DNA of 64,000 nt. It comes from Dehalococcoidia bacterium. Lineage in GTDB: Bacteria > Chloroflexota > Dehalococcoidia > UBA2979. Each line of letters starts with the position of its first letter. Position 1 is the first letter of the stretch. Both the position numbers and the translations under genes were made by a program. The notes under the pieces are model-generated. The model made no database searches and was not told the origin of the DNA. It was given only the letters and a program-made list of their open reading frames with translations. The stretch spans positions 2,016,001-2,080,000 of the forward strand of contig OZ253555.1 of the NCBI GenBank assembly GCA_965262725.1, written 5' to 3'. Positions 49,958 to 58,857 of this stretch are shown here, piece by piece.

Positions 49958-49977
49958 CGCCTCCGCCCGTAGCGCGC

Positions 49978-51147
49978 CTACCGGCAGTCCTCGTCGTCAA
50001 AGGGCTTCACGAAGTAGAGATTGAGGCGCACCTCCTGAGACACGAGTGCCTTGGGTGCGAGGTAGTCGCCGAACCATTCCCAGCGCCCTTCGGCAGGCGC
50101 GTCCCGCAGGATGTCGATACCGGCGCGCCGCAGCCCCTCGGAGAAAGCGTCGTTGACATGCCGCGCGAGGTCGACGTGGTTGCCGTCCGGCTCGTGGGCG
50201 AACGTCTCCACGAGCGCGATGCGCAACCCCTCGGCGAGCTTCTCACGCAGGAACGCCTCTGCCCGTGAGTCGGACCAATCGCCGTCCCCGATCTTGTCAA
50301 GTTCCGCTGACTTGATGACGTCCTCCCGTACCTGGCTGTTGGCGATTTCATCCCAGTCGACAGCACCGAGCGCGGCCCCGGTGAGCACGATCTGGGCGAA
50401 ACGGAAATCGGTCTGCACCTCGGAGCACTCCGGAGCCGACGCTACGACCGCAGTGCGCGGCAGCAGTACAGGGAAGGCGGCGCTGTGCTCGCTGCCGTCA
50501 CTCGACACGGTGAGGGTGACGGCACCCGACTCGTAGAAACTCGCCAAGAAGCTCGAGGCTCCCCCCGCGTCCGGCTCGCCGCGCTCGGCTGTCCACTTGT
50601 ACAAGAACGGCTCGTCGCCTCCGATCTCCGGTGTGCAGCGCACGTTGATCCGGCCACCGGCCGCCGGGCCGCCGGGTGCTTCCATCTCGCAGCCGATGTT
50701 GAGGATCACCGGAGGGATGATCGGCGGAGCAGCAGGTGGCGGCAGGACTGCGAACTCGGCGCTGTCATCGCCACCCTCGTTCGAGACGGTGAGGCGGACG
50801 GCTCCCGCGTCCTTGAAGTTCGCCAGGAAGCTCGATGCGTCACCCGCGTCCGGCTCGCCGCGCTCGGCTGTCCACGCGTAGGACTGCGCCTCGTCGGCCC
50901 TGAGTCGCGGCTCGCAGTGGACGGGGATCAGCCCGGCGACCCGCTCGCCCTGCTCGCAGCCGAGATCGAGGATCTCTGGCGCTTCGACAAGCGGCGCCTC
51001 GACGGACGGCTCGGCGGCGACGGGCGTCGCCTCGGGGTCCCGGTCCGCGGACAGGACGCCGGACGTGAGGGCGAGGAAGACGAGCGCCAGCACCAGCATG
51101 AGGTCGGCCAGCAGCCAGCCTGCGATGCCGACTCCCTCGTCGTTCAC
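49978..51147 (-). CDS. membrane protein with a MotB/ZorB-like N-terminal helix and two PKD-like repeats
   Basis: GWLLADLMLVLALVFL (TM Asp) and a duplicated WTAERGEPDAG.ASSFLA...GAV.LTVS segment. Confidence 0.6.
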   Translation of the reverse strand: MNDEGVGIAGWLLADLMLVLALVFLALTSGVLSADRDPEATPVAAEPSVEAPLVEAPEILDLGCEQGERVAGLIPVHCEPRLRADEAQSYAWTAERGEPDAGDASSFLANFKDAGAVRLTVSNEGGDDSAEFAVLPPPAAPPIIPPVILNIGCEMEAPGGPAAGGRINVRCTPEIGGDEPFLYKWTAERGEPDAGGASSFLASFYESGAVTLTVSSDGSEHSAAFPVLLPRTAVVASAPECSEVQTDFRFAQIVLTGAALGAVDWDEIANSQVREDVIKSAELDKIGDGDWSDSRAEAFLREKLAEGLRIALVETFAHEPDGNHVDLARHVNDAFSEGLRRAGIDILRDAPAEGRWEWFGDYLAPKALVSQEVRLNLYFVKPFDDEDCR

Positions 51148-53849
51148 CGCCGCCCGCCCCGCCCGTCGCCAAGTTCGTCGAGCACGCGAGTCGCCACGGT
51201 GTTCATCCTGCTCGCCGCCAGCTCAAGCGAAGCGGCGCTGCGCTCGATGCCCGAGTCGGGGCCGCTGAACTCACCGGCCATCGCGTCGGTGAGCAGGGCC
51301 AGTTGCCCCGCCAGCCGCGCGAGCTGCTGCGAGGCGTCGTCCAGCTTGCCCGCCGACGGCTCGAGACTGCCCCCGATGCCCTCAAGCGCCTCGGCGCTGC
51401 GTGCTGTCGCCTGCTCCACGCTGGCGAATGCGGCCTGGAGCGCGCTCAGTTCGCCGCCGGCCAGTTCGATAGCGCTCGCCGCGACATCGAGCCGCTCCGC
51501 AGCGGGTTCGAGGCTGCCGCGGATGCCTTCGAGCGCGTCGGCGCTGCGCGCGGACGCCGCCTCGCTGCTGGCGAACGCGGTCTGCAGCGCGCCGATCCGC
51601 TCGGCTGCCCGCTCGGCCGCGCTGGCCGCCTTTGCGAGGTCGCGCGCGGACGGCTCGATACCGGCGCGGATGCCCTCGAGCGCGTCGGCGCTGCGCGCGG
51701 CGGCGGCCTCGGCCCCGGCGAGCCCGCGCTGGAGCGCCGCGAGCTGGTCGCCGATCTGCGCGACGCGGCCGAGCCGCTCGACGATCGCGGCGCTCTGCTC
51801 CTGCTGCTGTTTCGCCATCTCCGATGTCTGGTCGAGCGCCTCCCGCACCGCGACGAGCGAGTCGGCGAAGGGCTGGGCCGAGGCTTGCAGCGAGGCCCCG
51901 ACGGCGCGCAGTTCGCGCGTCAGTTCGCTGCCGGCGACGGCGAAGCCGGCGAGCGCCTCCTGCGGATCGGCGGCGCGCTGCGCCGCGCCAGCCGCCTCCG
52001 CCTGCGCGAGCACGGCGGCAAACGCCCGCGCTTCGCGCGCCGCTGCCCACCCGGCGCGCCCACGGATCAAGCCGAGCCACACGTTCACCGCGATCAGCAG
52101 CCCAAGGACGCCGGCGACTTGCAGTGCGGCGTGCTCAAGAGTCCCGCCGAGCCACCACCTGAAGATTCCGCCCAACGGCCCATCGCCGCCTTCCTGCACC
52201 CAGAACTCGAAGAACGGTTCTGAGCGATCCCATGCCGAGACTGCCGACTGGAGCTTGATCCACGTCCACAGCACCGGCATGAAGATCAGGACGTTGCGGA
52301 CGAGCTCGACGAGCCACTCGAAGCGATTGCGTACGAGGGCGGCGCCGACCATCTCCGGCGTGATGGCCGCCGGCGCCACGCTCATCGCCGGCGGCGACTC
52401 CCCGCGCTCGACGCCCGCGACGCGTTGCGCGTACTCCGAGACCGCCCCGGCGAGCCTCTGCGCGCCCGCACGGGCGAGCCGTCGCGCGTAGCCTTCAAGG
52501 CCCGCCGAGGCGCTCGGGGTATCGGCCGAGTGTCCGGCCGGCGCGTCCGGCTCCGAGGCGGCCGGCGGCTCGTTCGCCGTGGGTTCGGCAGGCTTCTCCT
52601 TGCCGTCCTCGTCACGCGCAGCGCTATCCGCTGTGGATGCGACGTGCGGAGCCCCCTGATCGGGCGGCTGCTCGCCGGGGTCTTCACTCACGGGCTCCTC
52701 CTCGCCGGTCGGCAGCTCGTCCGCCGCGGCTTCGGCAGGCTCCTCCTCGACATCCTCGTCACGCGCGGCGCCATCCGCTGCGGATGCGACGTGCGGATCC
52801 CCCTGATCGGGCGGCTGCTCGCCGGGGTCTTCGCTCACGGGCTCCTCCTCACCAGCCTCGCCGGGGCTGGGCGGCGTCAGGTCGGTGCGGACGGCGGGGC
52901 GGGCGCGCAGTCGCTCGTGCTCCTCGGGTGTGATCAGGCCCTCGTCGGCGAGGCTCTGCAACTCGCGCAGGCGCGACCTATCGCCGCTGCCGTCCGGCGG
53001 CTCCTCGCTCATGGCCTCCCCCTCGCCGCCCGGCGTCCCGTGCGGACGCCCGTCCACCGCGCTCGTGCGGTTGCGATGCTGCCCGCCCGCATCGCCCTCG
53101 ATCAAGCCGTCGCCGCTCCGGGACCGACGACCACCGGTTGCGTGGCTCTTCTCGCCGGATGCGTCGGCGTCCGGCCGCTCCTCCGCGCCGGGCACTGACT
53201 CCACCGACGATGGCGGGGCTTGGTCGTCGTCGCCGGAACCGGCGGCCGCCTCGCGCCGGGCCTGCTCCTCCGCTTTGCGGCGGGCCTGCTCCTCCCGGTT
53301 TCGTTGGGCTCGGCGTGCCTGCGCGAGGCGACGGGCGACGCCGGCTTCGCGTTCGAGGCGGTCACGCTCCTCGGCCTCCAGACGGTCACGCTCCTGCTCC
53401 GTCTCGCGGCGGCGGCGCTCCTCGCCGTCGCGGCGGGCTCGATCGACGGCGTCTGGCCACTCCTCCGCCTCGCGGCGCTGCCGCTCCTCATCGCGACGCG
53501 CCTGTTCGGCATCGCGCTGGGCCGCCTCTCGCCCGGCGAGCCTCACTTGGCGCTCGCTGTCCGATTCGAGTTCGTGGAGCCGGAGGCCGCGCCGCTCGCG
53601 CAGCAACTCGGGCAAGTTGAGCCACTCCTCGGGCGACATCAGCTCCTTCAGGCGCACGAGGGTCACTCGCTCGATCGCCTGGGCCCGGCCGCCGCGCGCA
53701 CGCCGTTCCCGATCGATCCAGCGGAAGTCGGGATCGTCCGAGCGCACTATGCGCGGCGCGAGATCCTCCAAATAGTACCGTTCCTGCTCGTCCCAGCGGC
53801 TCCACGCTCGGATCAGGTCGTCGAGCAGATCGAGGGCCGTCCCGTGCAT
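51144..53849 (-). CDS. ZorA/MCP-like membrane protein with a long coiled-coil tail (alternative start at 53012)
   Basis: SHOCT-like motif, two 49-aa acidic repeats, TM segments (RNVLIFMPVLWTW...PFFEFW...), and three 49-aa coiled-coil repeats. Confidence 0.6.
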   Translation of the reverse strand: MHGTALDLLDDLIRAWSRWDEQERYYLEDLAPRIVRSDDPDFRWIDRERRARGGRAQAIERVTLVRLKELMSPEEWLNLPELLRERRGLRLHELESDSERQVRLAGREAAQRDAEQARRDEERQRREAEEWPDAVDRARRDGEERRRRETEQERDRLEAEERDRLEREAGVARRLAQARRAQRNREEQARRKAEEQARREAAAGSGDDDQAPPSSVESVPGAEERPDADASGEKSHATGGRRSRSGDGLIEGDAGGQHRNRTSAVDGRPHGTPGGEGEAMSEEPPDGSGDRSRLRELQSLADEGLITPEEHERLRARPAVRTDLTPPSPGEAGEEEPVSEDPGEQPPDQGDPHVASAADGAARDEDVEEEPAEAAADELPTGEEEPVSEDPGEQPPDQGAPHVASTADSAARDEDGKEKPAEPTANEPPAASEPDAPAGHSADTPSASAGLEGYARRLARAGAQRLAGAVSEYAQRVAGVERGESPPAMSVAPAAITPEMVGAALVRNRFEWLVELVRNVLIFMPVLWTWIKLQSAVSAWDRSEPFFEFWVQEGGDGPLGGIFRWWLGGTLEHAALQVAGVLGLLIAVNVWLGLIRGRAGWAAAREARAFAAVLAQAEAAGAAQRAADPQEALAGFAVAGSELTRELRAVGASLQASAQPFADSLVAVREALDQTSEMAKQQQEQSAAIVERLGRVAQIGDQLAALQRGLAGAEAAAARSADALEGIRAGIEPSARDLAKAASAAERAAERIGALQTAFASSEAASARSADALEGIRGSLEPAAERLDVAASAIELAGGELSALQAAFASVEQATARSAEALEGIGGSLEPSAGKLDDASQQLARLAGQLALLTDAMAGEFSGPDSGIERSAASLELAASRMNTVATRVLDELGDGRGGRR
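52564..52851. repeat. 147-bp tandem duplication within the CDS
   Basis: EEEPVSEDPGEQPPDQG.PHVAS.AD.AARDED occurs twice, 147 bp apart. Confidence 0.85.
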
Positions 53850-53865
53850 CGCTATCCCCGAGTCG

Positions 53866-54909
53866 TTACAGCGTGTCGAGGATCGCGTCGACCAGAACGC
53901 GGGCACCGAAGGGCTCGCGGCGGGCGTCGCCGGCGTAGGCGAACAGCGGGCTGCTGGTGCCCCACGCGAAGGCCGGTTCGTGGTCGCCCGCGACCTGGCC
54001 GAGGTTCAGCGCCTCCGCCAGCCGCCGACCTCCTATCACGTCCATCGCGCGCACGCGCTCGTGCCAGCCCGGTCCGGCTGGCAGCGACTCGATCAGCGGC
54101 GGGTGCACTGAGAAGCGCAGGCGGTCAGCCTTTGTCACCACCACCCAGACGCGGCGGCCGCCGGGCGGTGCTTCCACAAGCTGGAGCACGCGGTCGTTGG
54201 CGTCGGCGGGCTTCCGCCCGTCGCGCAGGGCGTCGGGGAAGGAGTCGGCGATCTGTGCGTGCTGCGTCGGGTCGATCACCAGCACGACCGCGTCGAACTC
54301 AGCGAGGGGCGGCAGCGGGCCGCGGCGGCCGCCTTCGATCGCGCGGGACTCCCAGATCCGCAGCGCTGCCTCGCTGCCGTCGCCACGCCGCACGGCGAAC
54401 TCCGTCGCGTGCAGGCTGCCGTCCTCGCCGCTCCGGACGGGCCCCGCCAGGCGCGGGCCGACGGCGGCGATCATGCCCTCGACGAGCGCCGACTTGCCGG
54501 CGCCGGCGGGGCCGCTGACCAGCACCCAGCGGTCGGGGGCCGTCTTGTCGCGCCGCAGCTCGTCGTCGGAGAGCACCTCGGCGGCAGCCCGTCCCCAGTC
54601 GTCCCGGATCCGGCGGTTTACCGCCCAGTACGCCAGAGCTCCCGCCGCCGCCGCGGCGGCAGCGGCGACGAGCAAGGTCTGACTGCGGTCCGCGAACGCA
54701 CCGAAGGTGACGCAGCCCGCGATGAGCATGGCGAGAGCGAGCGACGCCTGCGAGCGAGATGTACGGTGGCGCGAGAACGGCCTCAACGTCAGCAGCACAT
54801 CGGCTGCAAGCGCCCCGAGAGTCGCGCTCAGCAGCACCACAAGTGCGAATGCGCGCTCGATCTCGGGGAGGGCGAGGTCGAACGGGAATGGCCAGTCGGG
54901 GACGCTCAC
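53866..54909 (-). CDS. membrane-anchored TRAFAC-class GTPase
   Basis: Three N-terminal TM helices, G1 GPAGAGKS, degenerate G3 (IWESRA), LVIDP and G4 TKAD. Confidence 0.75.
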   Translation of the reverse strand: MSVPDWPFPFDLALPEIERAFALVVLLSATLGALAADVLLTLRPFSRHRTSRSQASLALAMLIAGCVTFGAFADRSQTLLVAAAAAAAAGALAYWAVNRRIRDDWGRAAAEVLSDDELRRDKTAPDRWVLVSGPAGAGKSALVEGMIAAVGPRLAGPVRSGEDGSLHATEFAVRRGDGSEAALRIWESRAIEGGRRGPLPPLAEFDAVVLVIDPTQHAQIADSFPDALRDGRKPADANDRVLQLVEAPPGGRRVWVVVTKADRLRFSVHPPLIESLPAGPGWHERVRAMDVIGGRRLAEALNLGQVAGDHEPAFAWGTSSPLFAYAGDARREPFGARVLVDAILDTL

Positions 54910-55392
54910 TGTCGTTTCGGCTCACTCTGCATGGCCGCGATGGTACGCGTTGCCACCAGCACGCGCTGCACCTCCCAAGAGCTCAGTGCCTCGATGGATC
55001 AGGTGCTCATCCTGACCCGCTTCGGCTTCAACGTGGCAGCGATGAAGGCCACCGGAGCTTTCCCCTGCGGGATGGGGAGGACTGGTCTCGACCTGCGGAC
55101 TTCGCCACCATCTAGTCGTCCGAGACAGGCTGCTCGGTTCGTACCTTGCCTGGAGCTCCTACGCTCCGGGCAGACGCAGCCAGTGACGGGTCGCGTTCTG
55201 GCCTACCGGAACACTGTTCAAGCCAACTCGCTGTCGTTGAGCAGCACCCACCCGTTCGGCATGGCGCTCCTGCCGGGCGAGCGGCGTGCGAGCTGCACGG
55301 CCGCAGCGCGTTCACCTCCCCGCGGCTCCCGGCTCGCGCGCCTACAGAGCCACCGTCAATTCGAAAGTTCGCAGTACAGTCTTCCTTGGCCA

Positions 55393-55710
55393 CCCTGCAG
55401 GGCATGACGCCGCTCGAGAAGCTAGAACGACTGCGGGCCGAGTTCCTTGGCATGGTCAGCCGTGAGGTGCTGACGCCCCTGACCGCGATCAAGGGCTCGG
55501 GCGCCGCCGTCCTGGGATCCTCGTTCCCCGTGAGTCTCGCCGAGGTGCGCCAGCTTCTTTGGCATCGTCGACGAGCAGGCTGACCACATGCGGCGGCTGA
55601 ACCGGGATCTCCTCCGACGTGACGCAGATCAACGCGGGAACGTTGCGGTCAGCCCCGAGCCCGATGACGTGGCGGCCATCGTCGACGCAGCCCGGTCCGC
55701 GTTCCTAGAC
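55393..55710 (+). pseudogene. sensor histidine kinase, 3' remnant (HisKA)
   Basis: TLQGMTPLEKLERLRAEFLGMVSREVLTPLTAIKGS, with Arg in place of the phospho-His and frameshifts downstream. Confidence 0.85.
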
Positions 55711-55778
55711 GGCGGGCCCGCGAACATGCGGAAGACGCCCTCCCGCTGACGGCGAGGTTCCGGCGGCGCATGACGTGA

Positions 55779-56339
55779 TCAGAACACGCCGTCGCCGATT
55801 GAGTCGGCGACGGCGGCCCCGAGCAGGATCGCGACCACGGCGATCGCCGCCCACCGGCGTCGCCTCCGGCGGCTGCGGAGGATGCCCCGCAGCTCGCGGC
55901 GAAGGAGCCGGGCGAACCAGCCGCGGCGCGGGCCGCGTCGACGATGGCCGCGGGAGCGGGCGCGCCCGAAGAAGCGCCGCGACAGCGCTGCGGCGAGGCG
56001 AGCGAGGGGGACGGGAGCGACGCCCGTGATCTCCCCGAACCGGGGCGAGCGCCGGTCCCGGAGAGACTTCATGGCCGCTTCGAACCTGGCGGCGTCGCGG
56101 CGGGTGGCCCGCGGTCCCGACGTCCAGGCCAGGGAGGGGTTCCCTCCCGCCGTCGATGCGACCGCGCCGTCGCGGTGCTGGCGCAGCCGCCTCCCCACGT
56201 GGGCGGTGTGGCCGACGTAGTGCCCGTAGTCGGTAACGAGAACGTAGACGTAGAACCGCCGGGCGGGGTCGGCGGCGTCCCGGCGAGCCTGCGCCCGGCC
56301 CAGATCTTCGGGCTCGTAGTACCTGCGGCGTCCACGCAT
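55779..56339 (-). CDS. GIY-YIG nuclease-family protein with an Arg-rich region and C-terminal TM
   Basis: FYVYVL...HYVGHT....RRLRQH...AARFEAAMK, with the tail WAAIAVVAILLGAAV. Confidence 0.75.
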   Translation of the reverse strand: MRGRRRYYEPEDLGRAQARRDAADPARRFYVYVLVTDYGHYVGHTAHVGRRLRQHRDGAVASTAGGNPSLAWTSGPRATRRDAARFEAAMKSLRDRRSPRFGEITGVAPVPLARLAAALSRRFFGRARSRGHRRRGPRRGWFARLLRRELRGILRSRRRRRRWAAIAVVAILLGAAVADSIGDGVF

Positions 56340-56428
56340 GGGGCGCCGTCCAGTGTGCCACGGCCGGCGGACCGGGCGCGACGGCCGCCGGGCGGTCCGC
56401 GGCACGGAGCTACGGCCCGGGTCCGCGC

Positions 56429-56790
56429 TCACGCGGCTCGCGTGTCCCTGGGGTTGCGGGTGACGAGCCATCCGAGGAGCGCCTCCAGCTCGCTGGGCTC
56501 GAGCCCGAAGGCGTCGCTCCAGCGGTCCCGGAAGCGGAAGTGGGTGCGGATCGCCTCGCCCTGATCGCCCGCCGAGCGGTGGATCCCGATCAGGGCGCGC
56601 ACCGCGTTCTCGTGCAGCGGGTCGGCGTCGAGCGCCGCGTCGATCGCCCGCCGCGCCGCCGGCAGGTCGCCGCTCGTGCTGCGCTCGTGGAGGGCGACGT
56701 AGGCGCGCTTCGCCGCGCTGGCGTTCGCCTGCGAGAGGTGAATCCCGATCAGGACGAGCGCCGCGCTCTCGCGCGCGGGGTCGGCTCCAG
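56429..56790 (-). pseudogene. BTAD-domain remnant (two C-terminal segments)
   Basis: DPARESAALVLIGIHLSQAN...AKRAY.ALHE is near-identical to part of 58858-59694 and is followed by DPLHENAVRALI...GLEPS. Confidence 0.65.
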
Positions 56791-56903
56791 CGCCGCGTGG
56801 AGGCAATGCCTGGCGCGGGTGACACGCATTCGGGTATTCCGCGTCGCGTCCGCCCCGTCCCCCGCCCGCTCCGGGACCGCGCGAGCACCACGCGCGGCCC
56901 GGT

Positions 56904-57737
56904 ATGATCCCGACGACCATGGGCACGGAGCGATCCGCAGCCGAGGCACGCAGCCGGGCCGGGCGCACCCGCGGGACGGGACGGGCCGCCGGTGTGATCC
57001 GCGTCTGCCTGTTCGACGAGTGCGAGCTCACCGAGGACGGCGAGTACCGTCCGCTTCCACGGGCCGTCCGCCGCCTGCTCGCGCTGCTGGCACTCAACCG
57101 GGAGGGTCTCTCCCGGAGCGACGCCGCGGCGCTGCTCACGCCGCACCTGAGCACGCAGGGCGCGCGCGGGAGCCTGCGGAAGACGCTCACGTGGCTGCGG
57201 GCCACGGGGCTGGACGTGGCGGAGGTCGACGGCGCCACGCTGCGGCTGGCCCCCGGGGTGAAGGTGGATGCGTGGGAGCTGGAGGAGCTGGTTGCCGGCC
57301 TCGCCGCGGGATCGGTGTCCCCCGGGCACGAACAGTTCCAGCGCTTGGCGTCCTGGCCCCCGCCCCGCTGGTACCCTCCCTGGCTGAGAGCCGAACTCGA
57401 GCGTCTGCGCGACCTCGTGCTGGAGGCGCTGGAGGCGGACGCGCGCCGGGCGGCGGCGGGCGGCGATGTGGAACGAGCACTGGCCGCCGCCTTCGCGGCG
57501 GTGGAGATCGATCCGCTTCGCGAGAGCAGCGTCGGCGTGCTGCTCCAGATGCTTTGCCTGGCGGAGCACCACACCGGGGTGCTGGAGATCTCCCGTTCCT
57601 TCTATCGGAGTCTCGAGGCCGTCGGGCGCGCGCCCTCGGAGGCGATGCAGGCGCTCGTCGCGGCGATGCTGGGTAGCGCCTACGGGAAGATGATCGAGAG
57701 CCTTCCTCGCAGCCGTCGCCGTCGTGCGCGGCGCTGA
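56904..57737 (+). CDS. SARP/AfsR-type regulator (wHTH plus BTAD)
   Basis: RLLALLAL, SLRKTLTWLR, VDAWE, DPLRES and PS motifs. Confidence 0.85.
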   Translation: MIPTTMGTERSAAEARSRAGRTRGTGRAAGVIRVCLFDECELTEDGEYRPLPRAVRRLLALLALNREGLSRSDAAALLTPHLSTQGARGSLRKTLTWLRATGLDVAEVDGATLRLAPGVKVDAWELEELVAGLAAGSVSPGHEQFQRLASWPPPRWYPPWLRAELERLRDLVLEALEADARRAAAGGDVERALAAAFAAVEIDPLRESSVGVLLQMLCLAEHHTGVLEISRSFYRSLEAVGRAPSEAMQALVAAMLGSAYGKMIESLPRSRRRRARR

Positions 57738-58057
57738 GCGGGGGCCGGACACGACCTGGCCCCGCGCGGCGGTTCGCGGCTCCGGCCACTCTCCTCGCTC
57801 CCCGGCCGCCGTAGCCGGGATCGACCAGTGCCGGTACCGGGGCTCTCACCTGCCGGGCCGGCCGAGGCGCCGCCCGATCGCGACGTGCGGGCACGTATGA
57901 CGCCGCGGGTTGCGGCCGAGCGACTCACCGGCGTGCGCCCCGGGGGTGCCTTCCGCGATGGCCCCGATCGCGATCCGGCGCTGCGGGGGACCAGGGCGGC
58001 TTCCGGTGTCCGCCGCGTGTCGAGTATCCTCCGGTCACCCTCGGGGGAAGGCCACCC

Positions 58058-58546
58058 GTGCGTTACGGCATCGCTACCCTGACCACCGCGCAGCGCCTCT
58101 GCCTGGGGCTCGCCGCTCTCGGCATGGTGGCCGCGGTCGTGGGCGTCTTCGCGCCTCTTGCCGAGGTGCGGTACAGCCACACGCCCGTCCCCATCCAAGT
58201 CGATCACCCATCCTATTTCTCCGACGTCACCGGCATCGAGCACGTCCGCGGCAACTACCCGGTGTCGGATGGGAAGTGGGTGGTGTTCTTCGCCTTGCTG
58301 GCGCCGCCCGCTCTCGCTGTGATGGCGGCGTTCCGGCGGTGGCGACTCTCGGCGCTGCCCATGCTGTCGGTGTCCGTCGGCCTTGCCGTCGCGTTCCTCG
58401 CTGTGGACGTGTATGCCGAGGCGGGCGGGAGCGATAGCGGCGAGGACGTCATCATCCAGAACGAGATCGCGATGCTCGTACCTCTGGCGGCCTTCCTCGC
58501 CGGTGCCAGCAGACTGGGGTGGCTGGGCATCACCCGCGAGGCATAG
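58058..58546 (+). CDS. hypothetical membrane protein (about 4 TM)
   Basis: Four hydrophobic segments. The start codon is uncertain. Confidence 0.55.
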   Translation: MRYGIATLTTAQRLCLGLAALGMVAAVVGVFAPLAEVRYSHTPVPIQVDHPSYFSDVTGIEHVRGNYPVSDGKWVVFFALLAPPALAVMAAFRRWRLSALPMLSVSVGLAVAFLAVDVYAEAGGSDSGEDVIIQNEIAMLVPLAAFLAGASRLGWLGITREA

Positions 58547-58857
58547 CTGGCACCAGAGGCGCGGCGCTCATGGATCTCGGTGGGCACCATGCGGAGCGGA
58601 GCCGCCAGCCACCCCATGTCCGTCACGCGCACGTGGCGCCCCCACCCGGGGAGCGGATCGGGGCGTTGGGTGCGCGAGGCGACGGAGGTCGGGAGCAGCC
58701 GGAGCGCCGCCGTGTTGCACCCTCAACGAGATCCAGACGCTGGATGAGGCCGGGCCCGCCGAGCCGCTCAGCGCCCTCCCACCGGCCGCGTCGCGCTCGC
58801 GGGCGCGGCCCCGGGGCGGGGCTGTTGGGCGGGATCGCCCGTCCGGGGGGCACGCTC

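Larger units (their letters stand above)
29067..55392. mobile_element. 26.3-kb integrative (probably mobilisable) element with a large serine recombinase
   Basis: CA core at 29065-29066 and 55391-55392. Inverted arms GCCAA....GACTGTACTGCGAACT (29067-29091, 55366-55390). The empty site restores VVV-TLQGMTPLE in the kinase. Confidence 0.92.
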
